A stretch of DNA of 63,785 nt, filler included, from Diploschistes diacapsis (taxonomy: Eukaryota), in assembly GCA_023645945.1 (NCBI GenBank). It is 26 parts of 26 records of this genome, joined end to end, with 100 filler letters (N's around TTAATTAATTAA, not from the genome) between each part and the next. Parts side by side here need not be neighbours in the genome. Positions count along the whole stretch, not along the records: positions 35,408 to 36,445 come from JALAIB010004208.1; positions 36,546 to 37,583 come from JALAIB010004209.1; positions 37,684 to 55,831 come from JALAIB010000421.1; 23 more parts are not named here. The stretch is one strand, 5' to 3'. How positions within the stretch are numbered: the stretch's first letter is position 1; every line of letters starts with the position of its first letter. Shown piece by piece: positions 36,322-49,814 of the stretch. A program made the position numbers and the translations under genes. The notes beneath the pieces are model-generated. The model saw nothing but the letters and a program-made list of their open reading frames with translations. It made no database searches and had not been told where the DNA came from.

Positions 36322-36545
36322 TTATTCCTTTCTTTTAACATTATCGATTCGATGATTCGCCGAAATGTCTAATATAAATACTAAATAAAAAAGAATCTTA
36401 AGTCGTAAAACAACGATATCTCTTTTAACTTCTTGCAATCGATCCNNNNNNNNNNNNNNNNNNNNNNNNNNNNNNNNNNNNNNNNNNNNTTAATTAATTA
36501 ANNNNNNNNNNNNNNNNNNNNNNNNNNNNNNNNNNNNNNNNNNNN

Positions 36546-36749
36546 CATATATATAATTTAAAACAATAATTAATCGCCGATAACGAAATTATCGCGACAA
36601 CGCTATTATTAATAGAAAGTTATCCGAGCAGATCTGTCCCAATAGACATCTGTCGCCAAGTATCTGTCAGTTACGTGACCCGCGTCACCCCGGCCGGCCT
36701 ATATACAAGAAAGCTGGGACGTGCCAAGTCTGGTACTTGGATCGTAACA
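36546..36749 (-). mobile_element. LTR family A variant C, partial
   Basis: Ends GCCAAGTCTGGTACTTGGATCGTAACA. Confidence 0.75.
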
Positions 36750-36979
36750 CCCGTCTCGTCGTAATTAGAATTCCGTTTTCGGGTATTACGTTTACGGTAT
36801 CTTTTTAATTCCCGCCCGTAAGTTTTTTATCGTTTTTTTTCGTATCGTATTAATAATATTAATTAATGCGATTATTTAATCGCGTATTGTAATATTTCGA
36901 ACGTTCAGTATTTCGCCGCTAAGATTTTTTCCGAAACGTTAAAACGTTTTATCGAAAAAAAAATTCTCTTTATTATAAT

Positions 36980-37160
36980 TGTTTGGCAACGTAATGGATA
37001 TATTGAAGTCTAGAAGTCTACTTCAGGAAGTTATCCTACTTTACAGACTTTTATCCTCGTGGGATACGTTAAGCCCTACTACTTACATTATTCCTTAATC
37101 GGTTTAATTAGAATTCCAGAAGGTTCAGCTGAACTGAACCTCGAAGTTCAACTGAACTAG
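36980..37160 (-). mobile_element. Copia LTR fragment, interrupted by an unclassified insertion at ~37161
   Basis: TGTTTGGCAACGTAATGG... is the reverse complement of the copia LTR end; homology stops at ~37160. Confidence 0.75.
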
Positions 37161-40100
37161 TGTAAATATAAAAGTAGGCGGCAGACTTGGTGGGGGTAGT
37201 CCCACAGGGCAGCTCCATTTAAGGAGGCCTGCTAGGTAGCTCTAGACAATGAATGCATCCTATATCTCACAAATGTCCTACCTAGGTATGCTGTTGATTA
37301 CGAAATCATATTACATTCATTTATTATACCACCTACGACTACCTACCTATTATAGCAAGGGAAGTCTCCCTAAACAGCGCGCCTAGTGTTTATAATGGGG
37401 GTTAACCGAAGGACTTGTTTAAGGACCCTTCTACATCTTATGAAAGGTAAGAAGAAGGTTACGATCTAAAAGTTCTAGACATGATAAAAAGATATTTACG
37501 GATGGTATAAATACGATAGTAGTTAAGGATGTTTTTAAATAATTACCGTTTTTTTATCCTACCGTGTTCGAGAAAGTAGAATGNNNNNNNNNNNNNNNNN
37601 NNNNNNNNNNNNNNNNNNNNNNNNNNNTTAATTAATTAANNNNNNNNNNNNNNNNNNNNNNNNNNNNNNNNNNNNNNNNNNNNGGAATAGGGTGGAGGGG
37701 AGGAAGCGAGAAAAGGCGAGGTTTGAGAGGCAGTGTCGAGCGGGGCTAAGGCCTTGCTCTGCTGGAGACATAGGAAAGGGGAGGGGGGGGTTGCGGTTGG
37801 TGGTTTGGTTGTCTTTGTTGGATATTGATCCCCACAGAGGAATAAGGGGTTAAAGGGGAGAGCTTGGAGAGTGCAGGGCTGCGATGTCTTGGGTTCTCCA
37901 AAGGCTTGGTCTCGTCCAGCCTTCAGGACCATTTATGGGTTTGATGTTTCTTTTTGCGCCGCTCGGTGGGTTATGGAAACTCTTAACATTTTCGGAGCCG
38001 TTGTGGACCGATCGACCGACCCGTCGTTTCTCTGTGGTTTTCCGATGGGTATATCTCTTATTACAAAATATCGAGTTGATTCGATATCCTAACCACCTAT
38101 ATCCCCCTCATGAGTATAATCTCAATACGCCACTGCGAGATGTGCCTCTAGACCTGCCCCTGACACCATCGTCCCAATCCTCAGCAACTGTGCAGCCACC
38201 GTTACAGCTTCGCTCCCCAGGCAAAGTTCGGGTTGCCGCTACATGCATTAACCACGCGAGAGCCGTGCAGCAGTATCCACCGTCCATCGAGAACCTGCAA
38301 ACGATCCGAACGTAGGACAGCTGTAACCAGAAACGCTAAGCGCCATGTTCCGCCAGTTTCATACCGGGACTTGGTCCATCCTGCAGATACAGAAAGGAAG
38401 GGAACTTTGCCAGTTACGTCACGTCGAAGAAACCGACAGCCGCATGTGGTTCATCGCCACGCGAGTCTCAGTTTCTTAACGCAACGCTGTTCAGTCCAGA
38501 GGGACACACGTGCATCGTCGGGTGCGTGTGGTCGAGGGTCCTTCCCGAGAGCGGACCGGGCAAATTATACGAATGGACGATAGGGTGACGGTCAATGCCT
38601 CACGCAATGACCGGTCCGACACGTTGTAGTCTAGTCTCTCTAGTTATATTAGAGCATATCATTGCGAGCCAATCCCGGATCCTCAAGCCAGAGCATGCGA
38701 TCGCCGTAGGATCTAGGTATCACGTAAGATTGCGGCGCGGTAGAGGGAAACGTGGAATTCAGGGCGCATGTTGTAACCTTTTCGACCGGACTTTCGCGTG
38801 GCTTAGTAAAACGTTTCGCTTTCAGCACGTTATGGAAGCCTGCACAAGAGAGCCTTTTGAGATTGGAGGACTCTGAGATGTCGAAAGGGACTATGAATTG
38901 CCGTCAGATTGCCATCGGCTTGAGTACTTCGTAGTATGAACGTATCGGGTGGTCTGCGTTCCTGATGAAAACCAAGCTCTAAGGAAGCATAAGCAGCTCA
39001 AACCAAGTGCCAGAATATCCAGACGTTCGCCTACTTATCTGATGATTTCCACCCATAGGAGAATCGAATTTGTTGTAGAAAGCATGCCAAAATTGGACAA
39101 CACGAACGACCTGGCTTGTCAAGCTGGCCTCCCTTGGACGCATCCTTAATAGGGAATCTTTGAGACGAAAATAAATGAAACGGCAGTTGGCAATACCTAG
39201 CAATGGGCGAAAAATATATCAGTCCCAGACTAAGTCTTTTCGAGCACAAGAACCCCTCGCTATTTCCTTGGAAGGCGCATAGGCTTGATGTGCTGACCAA
39301 ACAACAGATGTACATGAACTGAACGTTGATAGATTTCGCATACCAAAAACCCGAAACAGCAATACGGGTTGAGCTCTAACAGATGCCACCGTGAATATGA
39401 ACCCCTACTCAGTTAGAGTAGCGAAGATAGAGCTAAAAATTGACCACAGAGCGAATGAGATATAAGCACTGACTCTCAATGACAGTATCTGAAACAGCCC
39501 GCTGCATCTGAATTTCAACTGCAACTGCAGCCGCATAAGCACGGCTGTTCCAGGTTAAGCCGACTAACAAGGGGCTCAAATCATCAGGCCAGTAGCAGCT
39601 TCACACCAAGCCATCACAGCTGTGCTGACAACAGAAACAAACACGTGCGTATTCGCAATGGCCCTCAACGTATGGTATCCCAACACCTTCGACTGCGGCG
39701 ACACTGCTATTCGCCTGCTGAACTTTTGCTGACGCCTTCAATACGCCTTACCGATTTGAGTCCTCCCGCAGGATACGATGCCTAAACATATGCATATGCA
39801 AGAAGCACAAGGAGGACTCCGACGATGGAGATAGCCGGTGATTGACAGACCAAAGGATCAGACTGATTTCAGCTTTTCCGGCCCCAAGGGTTTTTGCCGA
39901 AAGGATAAGATTAGATTATGTATAGCATCCCGCGATGGGCCTATAGGTCTGAAAGCTGCGAAATCAATTATCATTATTAATATAGTGACGAAATCCAAAG
40001 CCCTTTTGGCTCTCGAATGTAGGACAGGATAATAGCTTGAATAGCGTTCAAGAGCAGGATACATGAATTTCTTGGAACATAGTAGAATATTCGGTTCAAC

Positions 40101-43100
40101 GGATAGCTGAGCATTCACGTATTAGTGTAATTTCAAGGGGGTTGATTGGATTCGTAAATCGACGTACTTAAACCTGTATCAGTCTCTGCAGAGAGGCGAG
40201 GCCTATCGTCCGCTAATGATCACGTAGATCGTTGTCCTGATGGACTATGATACCCAAAATAACCAAAACATGCACAACTTGTGCATTCTCGAGTATTGGC
40301 TGTGGATCGTGCAAGGGCTGAAATAACCTGACTAAAAGCCCAATTTGTGTGTCCTTAGCATCAGATGATATCTCCCATTTCAAGGATCCTAGTTTCGATC
40401 AAGCCAATCAGTGTAAGTTGTTCAGCCAACAGAAGTCCGATCCCCTCGTCGTTGTTAGGATTATGCTTGGTTAGCACTGGCTGAAGCCGGTTTGAAATAT
40501 TGAACGGAGAAGTCGAATGAGATACTACTGCGAAACTTCCGTGTTATCTTGCTTATACTCATACTGTGCCTTCTGCAACCATGCTCTCCGTAACTGATTG
40601 ATCGCCGTCAGCCTGAGCTAGGCCGAACTGTTTGCCCCTGACACTAATCCACGTAAGAGAAGCGGAAGATCCCATCACGGAGAAGAACAGCGGGCTGTGA
40701 CTCGCAGAAAGGTGGCGCAAACCATGTGGAATGGTGCGAGAGAATGCTCTATATCTTACCGACGAATGTGCCTGAACGTGCACCACGCTCACCTAAGACC
40801 TGAACGTAAGCTTATTATGATTCCGGCTGTTATTTCAAAAGCTGAAACTGAATTATGCGTAGTCTTCATGCATGAGCAACACTACTAGGCATAGCTTGTT
40901 CGTGAACCGAAGCCAGGATACCGTATTCAGAGTATATCAAGTTCAGAAACCGAAGTCCTGAAAATGCGATATCGAATCTGGTCAACATTCCTTGCAGGAC
41001 TGTGCGATTGCAAATTACCGCAGAGCTTGATTCAAGTTCGTCGGAACTATGTGGAGAGGCGTTATCCAGGGACATCCAGTCAGTGGTTGCAGAATGCGCT
41101 AGGTGAAAGGTTGGTTAAGGTTAGATTCTACTGTTTGAAGGGGTTTTCCCAGTAAGCTCGCCTCGTCAATTTAAGGCTAGACTCTGGAGCAGTTTATTTC
41201 TTCTATAAGTCAAACTATTCCTCACCTCTTCAAGTCAGTAGATTCAGGTTCAGACTTATAGATATGTTGATATGTAGGTGAAAAAGGGTTGTCAGGCTAT
41301 TATGAGCAAGTTGCTGTATCACCATGCGAGAACATGTCGCCATGCGGAGTTCGGGTTATGGGATTTTTCTAGTTGTCGATGTCCGTCACACGATTTCTTG
41401 TCAAAGTGGTATGGATGCGGGTATTCTGAGTCCGTACACTACCAAAGATTCTAGCGTTATAGATGACGTAGAAACTGCAGCATCTGTAAGGAGAGTGTTG
41501 GCCTCGTATTTGAATGAAAGAATGACTACAACAGTCGAATAGCTGTCGTCAGTCCTGCGCAGAGTGATGGTTGAAGATGGTTGAAGATGAGGAAGATGAA
41601 GCATTATTCTGTGTTTTCAACACCGCGGTTAGTAACCTATTCTGGCTAGTAGCGTAAGTAGGTTCGGTTCTTAGGTTATAGCTAGCCGGAAGGGGAGTAG
41701 ATCCTAGGTAAGGCTGAAATGGGCTGAATCCACAGTACTTTGAGCCGGACCCCAGCTACCAACCACACCGCGATTGTAGCACGCTTGATCCATCAGGATG
41801 GCTGGCGTTTGGCCAGTTTTGCAAGCAGAAGAGGCTGAAGCTCGTCGGTGTGAATAGGCCAGAGCTCCATACTCTATATTGTGTAGTATCCCGTATAGAA
41901 GTACGTGTCGTCCCATTCCTGCCTCTCCAGAACTTTCAAATGTGGTGGTGTTCGGTGCTGGTTACTCGACCACCCTTGACTAGTCTTCAACTCTTGAGCT
42001 TTGCTTGAGCTTGAGTATGAGCTGCTGCAACCCGATAGCATACTGTGGATTTGAGATGCATTGTTTTTATTGGGTTCGATTGAGGCGCAACGTTGATATA
42101 CCTTCCCTAGAAGGCGCTCCTGTGCCGCTCTCGATTCGCAAAGCCGTGATAGACGCGGGCCGCATGGAAGCAAGCGTGTTGATTCAGCTCGTCAGGGCTT
42201 GCAGCGGGATCGTTGGTGTCGTTAGCACCTATGCTGGTCGTGGGTTAGTCTCCGCCGGACTCCCATTAGGTCCGCGAACTCGCTTCATCTGCATGTCTGA
42301 AGACTGCGGCGCCGCTGAGACTAGGTAGCGGAGTAAATCCGCGGAAAATCTCTAGTATCTTAAGAACAGTACCTGCCTCTTGTAATAACCAACTTCTTAC
42401 CGGAGCGAATTTTTCTGATAAAAAGTACTATACATAGAGTGTGGTTCTTTCATATAGAACGCGTGCATCTGGAGCCTAGTAGTGGACCCCGGAGCGATAA
42501 CCGCAATCGGCTTCTTCTCAATGGCCAACACCTGCGCTTGGTCCATGACAGTGTGTTTTCCAACTAAGCTTAATGAGTGCATTATCATGTTAACAAGATG
42601 CACTTTGCTGTTGTACTAGGGGCCAAATTTGCAATTTGAGAGTCGAGTTCGAGCATCTCTGAGAAGTTACCAAACAAATCCGGCGATGCCTGGCAAAGAC
42701 GCTGCCTAAAATATATATGTAATCACTGCTCCCTCTGGCGCCTAGCAGGACCTTGGACTCGGATGTAGTAGGTATGGGAGATATCCGCTAACTCTTGTGA
42801 CCATGCAGTAGCTTTATGATCATCAAGGCAGTGTAGCTCGTCGAACTCTGCAACCTCGATAAAAAGTATGTATGTGTAGTCTACCGAAAGCTTGGCGAAA
42901 TCCCCGTGATGTGCCTTACGAACCTCCCGATCTGACTTTGCATCTTGCTACCTACTAGTAGGGAATACTGGATATGTGTTCTGCATCCATGGTGAGCCAA
43001 CAGTCGAGCACTTCTGATCGTCTTCTGATTCTGGGCTTAGCCTCAATTCTTTTTCGAGTATCTTGCTGTACCCCCCTGCATGCCACAGCTTACCTCTGCG

Positions 43101-43141
43101 TCTTCATAACTCTGGATCAGCTGGCTTGGTGCCTCCGGCAT

Positions 43142-43175
43142 GCTGCGATGCTGCGATGCTGCGATGCTGCGATGC
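43142..43175. repeat. (GCTGCGAT)x4 tandem repeat
   Basis: Direct 8-bp units. Confidence 0.85.
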
Positions 43176-44056
43176 CGCTTCCCATTGGTCCTGCAAAGAT
43201 ATTGCTATCTTCCAGAAGACGTACTACCGTACCGAGGGGATGAAGTCAACGGCATGGCTTCAGGGAATGGAGCATATGGACTAACTTCAAGCATGCTCCT
43301 AAAAACAGCTGAGGTCTTGAAAGGCGTCTTGGAAGATCCGAATGGCTCCTGGCCCCGGACGCTTGGGACCAAGTGCTTACCCTATGGCGTGGTGAACGCT
43401 AGGATCATGAACGGCAACTCTTTGGTTTTCGCTTTTCTTGCAACAGGGAAACTCTTGTACTTTCTACATGTTCGAGGACTTTGCTCTAACCTTCACTCTC
43501 TTCTTGTGTCATGCGTCACTGTTGTTTCATTTCCTCCCTGCGCTCTGTTCGGATGCATCTGATGGGACTCCAACCCGAGCTTTGCCTAACCTGCTGCGCA
43601 TCCTTACCTGGCCGTTGCCTGCGTTCTCCGTCTTCATAGTCATATTAAAGTTCACATAGCATAGGATTCGATAAGGGGCTAGCCCTTCTTGAACCCCAAC
43701 ATGCTACATATAATTGTCCCCATCTCCTTTGCCGCACAACCCTTCTGTACCATTTCACAGGCTGGCCTTTGGAGTAATATCAGTTGCCTTAATTCTCATT
43801 ACCCGATATTCTTTACTACTCTTCCTGACTCACGAGTTGTGCTTCCGTCATTTCCGCTAATAGAACAGAATACGAATACATGCCTTGATATATATATTCT
43901 CGCCACCGTCGTTCTTCGATTGCCACTCATTCAGATCAACCTTTTCTGGCTCAATCTAGCTGCTAGTCTTGCCGCCACGGAAACGCCTAGATTGTCGATT
44001 CAGACCGCACGCCAGACTCACTATCTCTTTCGCTATACTCGCAAAATCCAAGCACT

Positions 44057-44296
44057 ATGTGCTATCAGGTCATTGAAACATATGCCGTCTGCGGCTGCCT
44101 CTATCACAAGCATCAAGTCGATCCTTGTTCGCTCGCAAATCAGAGAAACCATTCTGTCACCAGGAAGGAAATCAAAGTCGGCGCTGCTTGCCCAAAGCAT
44201 TCTATACAAGGTCCATCACACACGGGCTTCTCCTACAAGTATCCCGACAGTGGGTACGCCAGTGGGAAGTCCTCGGGATCAGGTTTTCGTCGATAA
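44057..44296 (+). CDS. Small Cys/His-rich protein (79 aa), putative zinc-binding, unknown function
   Basis: Clean ATG..TAA ORF MCYQVIETYAVCGCLYHKHQVDPC...H...VGAACPKHS...DSGYAS. I recognise the pattern from recurrent uncharacterised Pezizomycotina proteins (from memory, not searched). Confidence 0.7.
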   Translation: MCYQVIETYAVCGCLYHKHQVDPCSLANQRNHSVTRKEIKVGAACPKHSIQGPSHTGFSYKYPDSGYASGKSSGSGFRR

Positions 44297-45980
44297 CTCA
44301 GCAGAGGCGCATGATGAATACATTGGCTACAGGTTGATGGTTCTACGAGCCTTGAGCGCCAACGAAACGGCAGACTTTCGACAGCGGACAGGAAGAGAGG
44401 GACTTTGATAGAGCAAACCAAGAGGCCTCTCTGCCTTAAGGAGCTGCGTTGGTTGGAAGCGGGAGAGAACACTGACCTCTAACTTTGGACATCATTACGA
44501 TCTTTCCACTTTCGGTTTTCTGACGACGACGGTTATATCGGGTAGCTGCACTCATCTCGCATTTTCGTTATACTTGCAAAGCGAGTTCTATCTCCAACAA
44601 CCTCACGAGGGAATTCTACCTACCGCATTACCATCCTCTTGCTCTTTATCCCCACTTCAACCCAGATGTATCACAGCGTGAAGCTCATCCGGGTCCACGA
44701 CTTTACGAAGGATAACGGGCCAGGTGAATGATGTGGAGATAGTTTCAAGATTCTAAGCCCTGCCGGACATGGGCGGGAAGTGTGGCATCCCGGCGTTGGA
44801 GGAAATTCAAATTCTGCCTTGACAAAAGGCGCAGATGACGAGTTGATTCGCGATTTGCTTTCTAGGCAGCAACAAGCTGGATCAACAAGCCATCTCGTTA
44901 TGTACACTAGAAAGTCTGCTTTTGTGCCCTGGCGGACATTTATTGATAGTTTGGATACTGCTCTAGAATATTCCTACACAAGCTGCCATAAAATCGAGCG
45001 GATTAAACCTCATGGAAATGTACAGTAGGATCACATGATCAAGTCAGGATGCGGCTTAGGCCCCCACACAACCTTAAAAAAGCGAGCCCGCGCCAACTAG
45101 CTCCGCGGCGAAAAGCCACACTCCGCCCCGACCTCGAGGCTCCTCAACTTCAAGTCCTCCAGATCAGACGTCTATTCTTTGCTCCCTTTTGCAACATAAC
45201 ACAAGCCACACTGGAAAGAGCGCCGATGAATCACAGGAAGTGATAGGCACCATCCCGGTGCCACCCAACTCGGGCATATTCGCCAATTAATACCGAGTTA
45301 GTGTACCGACTCATTCCATGAGGCGTATGGTATCAACCACTGCTGTAGGTAACAATATCCTCCTATAGCTACTAGGTCCGTACTCTCCGGCTTAAGATGA
45401 TACGGAACTAACGACCACAGCCTCAAGTGAACGTTGCTTGCATTATCTTGTAGTCATGCGGCCGTAACTTCACGATCTCGACTTCTGAGCGTATATAGAC
45501 TGGGAACACTAAGAGCTTGGTTTGGAACTCTGACGCTTTCTTGTGCCACAACCGGATCAGGCGAAACAAATAGGCACGCTGCGAAGCCTTACTGCCAGTT
45601 GCAAGGACGGTTCACACGTTTCAAGGTTCTCACAGTCAAGCAACACACTGGTCTCGGGCCGATCCTGTTCAGCAATCCGGATCGTCTGCAACGCGCCTGA
45701 TTACGAGAATATGTTGGTTCCTAGCTCCTCTTCAACGCTCAGAGCAAAAATCACGTTGACTGCACTTGAGCTTAGATAAGACCCTTTTAACCTGTCTAAA
45801 GAAGATCTGGTTAGCTTCTACGGTCAGCTTATATGAGGCATAAATTGCCGAGCAGTGCACCTCCAAACAAAGCAAGAGACCACCGCAAATGTGATTCTTT
45901 CCATGGCGAAGCCAGTGTCGTCCGTTGGATTGTCCCGATGATTGGATCTACTAAGCGATCGCTACCATTTGTCTCGTAGG
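44297..45980 (+). pseudogene. Possible decayed long ORF downstream of the small Cys/His ORF
   Basis: Short protein-like pieces broken by stops and frameshifts, plus an intron-like signal (CTAAC..CAG at ~45407-45420). Weak. Confidence 0.3.
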
Positions 45981-48667
45981 CTCAGGTATTCCCCGATTGG
46001 GGACCAAAAGCTGGTTTGCCCTCTTACGAAACCTTACGAAATCTCCGACTGTTAGGCATAATGTGACACAATCACGGGCCGGTTATCCCTCTACCACGGA
46101 TAACCATGAGATTTCGTGCACGCGGTTTTCATGTTAAAGGGAATAGGCAGATATGCTCTGTCATCTTCGCTCATAGTCTAGGCAGTCAATGTCGCCTAAG
46201 CACTTGCGAGTTGCAATCAGCGCTTGATCCGGCTTGAAGGTCTCTCGCAGACTGCTTTCTTCCGACCCTTACTTTTCTTTTAATCTGTGTAGCATCTTCG
46301 TTGGGGTTGACTGGTAATCCAACCAGCAGCCTGCGCAAACACGTCAAGTACCTTGTTCATGATGGATGTCATGCGCTCGAACGAAGCCGCTGCTAATAGT
46401 ATTGACAAAGGATGTGGTGGATTCCAACTCAGCAATTAAGAATCGTTGATACGAAAAATAAATGTGATCGAAACAAAAGATCCTGATGAGAAACCTGATT
46501 CTGTGGTCGGCTTGGGGTTATTATAGCAGAAGCCTCAAGAGCCTACAAAGCGTTGTCTTCTGTTGCAGCTTTGAAAGAGGTATATATGACGCCCCGTGTC
46601 TCAATTAACCAAATGCTCTTTCTACTTGACCTTGACTACGACCTCACGATGTTGGACTGGTACAATCATCAAACGGAGTTGGGAGAGAGCTTTCTGTAAG
46701 TGCCGGGGGCATGAGGCGAGCTTTTCATGAGGGTAGTTTTGCTTCTGGTCCCATGGAACTTGAATTGAATGCCGCCCTATTGCTCTTTACGCGTGACATC
46801 AACCCAGCGAACTCGTTTGGGACGCATTAGAAGAACGGCGGTCTCAAATCATTCAAGGCTAACTGCCTATTTTCTCTGGATCGGGCTGCTCTCACGAGTG
46901 GGAGGTATGGAACTGTTCTTGATCTCCACGATTGTGATCTTACTTCTGGGGAATAGCCCTTCGGCTGGCATGTTGTAGCACGGTAGAAGTCAGGCATCAA
47001 GCATGTAATTACGCCGCGCTTAGGTCGACTGGGCCTGCACAAGTGCTGAGCCTGCCGCAGGCACCATTCTCCAACAACGTGTACATCCCAGCCAATCCGC
47101 GCGCGGGATATATCGGACAATGACCATCCTACTGAATAATGAAGCTTGGTGCATTTGTTTCCAGATTGAGTAGTGCAAGAGCACAAGGAGTCGTCATGAG
47201 AAGAGTAAGCATACCAGCGTTGCGCTGAGGCCCGGAATGGGGTTATCCGCAAGTATGAACTGCAACACTTTCATTTCTGGCTCTCTTTTTTAGTTACTTC
47301 ACTAGAGTCGGCCCGTGTAATCTCTTTACAATGCCTCAACATTCATAATTTGTGAGGCAAATGCCCTCATCCATATGCCTACTTTGACGTTAGACGCCCC
47401 AGGCGCATGGCGGGTGTTTCTTCATCATTCCCTGAGTATTACTTACGGTCATCACCCGATCATTGCCTGTTGTCGTCGATACAAGCTTAAAGTCTGACCT
47501 TACCTTCGAAAGTACGCATGTAGCCTTCATCACGTCATACCAGCCGCAGAACTTTTGCGCTTTGTCGATACCAGGGGCACAACTGGCGGAAGTGACAGCC
47601 GTTTTTCCCAACGCCTCCACGTTCGCTGTTACTGGACTCATTAGCGTGGATATGTTGCAATCTCCCGCCAGGCAAAGTAATGAGCCGTACCTCTGGTGGC
47701 GCACAAGCGCAAGTTGGTGAGCGCCTCGAAAGGGCATGAACCGTGACTCGTCCACAGAGCACGAGGAGGAGCGCAAAACCAGTTTCCCTATCGGACATCG
47801 AGGGGTTCCTTGCGGGTTTTTGCCGTCTCGAAAACTATCTCAATGCACAACTCCCGCGCTACGGGTTAGATGAGGCTCAGAGCACCCCTCTAGATCTCTT
47901 TCGCCTGGCTGTGCCGCTTTTGCGTCTGGTCGCATGTCCCTGGTCCTCGGCCCGGATCCAGGACGGCAAAAACAGGTCTTTGCAGCACCCTCTGTCAAGG
48001 CAGAGCATGAAGACGGAACACACGGCATAGAGGAGGATCGCACGGGTGTCGGGAAATGCATCAAGGAAACAAGACATCAGGTTTCCTTAGGGTTAATCCT
48101 GTGCCGGAATGCATCAAAGAGATGGTACAAGAAGTTTGTGTGTGAGGTAATCTCTTTGCTTGATAAACAGCAAAGGGGTACTAGTTAGGGAACAATATGC
48201 TACGTATGTATGTAGAACCGAGCTCGAGAGACCCAGGGGAGCCCCAGCTTCGAGAGAGTCGGTAGATGCTGGCGGACGCAGAGCTCAGTATGGAATACTT
48301 GACTCTTTCAACTACAGATTGTACTCTACACAACCTGCCACCGTAGCCCGTGCAGGTATGCTAGCAGATGCTGTGGACAACATGTCTCTATGAGCCAGAA
48401 CTCTTCTGCAGAAGCGAAAGCGAATGTGGACTCGAAGGCTTCTAGGTGTGACAATCACAGCAGTAGGAACGTGATCTAGAAATCTTTATTCGATCATTCT
48501 TGTTTCTTTCCGCATTCAAGTAGATACAGATACACATCCCGAGGCTCGTAACCAGCCGAAGAGTATGCTCATGTGCTCAACGCCTTGCAGATGAGCATGG
48601 GAGCCATCTCGAGTGGGTGCTCAAAGTAGGCTAAAGGGTGGAAGTTGAGGCTGCTTTTGCTGTCCGC

Positions 48668-49538
48668 CTACTCGTCGTCTTCGTCATCCTCTTCGTCCTC
48701 TTCTAGAGTTGTTTGAGCGATACCTATTACACAATCAGTGAGTAACTTGAAGATTCGTCCATAAATGCAGTTCTGTCGGAAACCCAATTTCCGAGTGTCA
48801 CAACCCCCCCAAATCCACTCAAAAAAAAAGCTCAAAACGGGCAGGTGAAAAACTAACGATCCAAATCCCTCTGCCCACTCTGCGTTATCCTTCGTCCTCC
48901 CTTCTCCTCATCATGTTCCAGTACCCCAATCTTTTCCAGCGCCTGCATCACCTTCCTATCGACGCTGCCCGACGCGTTGACGTGGTGGCTCGGCCTGCTG
49001 CCCCTGTTCTTCGCGGACCCGTGGACTTTCCGCAGCCGGCCGACGCCGACGGTTTTGCGCAGGTATACGTGCCGCGCGACGGCGGCCGCGCGGGTGTAGA
49101 ACCAGTCGATGGATTGGGGGGGAAGCTCTTTAGCGTGGGATGTCCTGTTGTTTTTTGCGGTTAGTGGGATAAGAGGGGCTGGATGGGTGGGGTGGGAGGA
49201 AGATTGGGAGGGAGGGAGATATCGAGGAAGGACTTGCTTGACGGTGTCAACCCTATTATGTTGGAGATAGTTTAGCTTGTGCCACGAAAGATAAGAAAGG
49301 GATTGAGGCGGCTACCATCCGGGTATCGGTAGTTCTGTCAAGTCGTTTATTAGCATAACCGATTTAAGATAGGTTCCTCTGACACCGGGACAGAGAAGAC
49401 GTACTGCCCTGACGCTTGAGGAAAGCGGCGTAACTGTTCACGAACTGCGGAGAAGGTCAGCAGGGTATCTAGAGAGGACGCATTTTCGAAACATGCCTTT
49501 TGCGCGTCCACGTCGCGGACTGAGACGCCTCCAGGCAT
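48668..49538 (-). CDS. RPS19: 40S ribosomal protein S19/eS19 (152 aa; exons 49538-49497, 49444-49405, 49334-49316, 49252-49238, 49144-48858, 48723-48668)
   Basis: Spliced product MPGGVSVRDVDAQKFVNSYAAFLKRQGKLPIPGWVDTVKTSHAKELPPQSIDWFYTRAAAVARHVYLRKTVGVGRLRKVHG...GRRITQSGQRDLDRIAQTT + acidic tail; 459 nt in frame. Confidence 0.96.
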
Positions 49539-49814
49539 GGCTGCGGTGTTGATGTGTGGAAACGAGTTGTGAAGAAGCCGTGATGATGAGGGCTCACAGT
49601 GGTTGGGTTGTGGGTGCTCGCTTAAGCCCTAGGACTCTAGGAGTTTGACGGGATATTTCTTAGTGCAAACGCACGGACCATAAGATGGAGATCCGGGCGG
49701 GGGATCTTATCTAGTAGACTTTTCTTTTCTTGCAATAGATTCAAGCAGCTTCCGCTCTAGATGAGAAAAGCACGATTGTACGTCGAGATATTATAACTAA
49801 CGTTAAGCAAATCA

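Noticed and set aside
37161..37435. Possible additional solo LTR (TGTA...TACA)
   Set aside because: Single copy in the window, weak terminal repeat, no TSD.
48913..49164. 83-aa plus-strand ORF
   Set aside because: Antisense to RPS19 exon 5.
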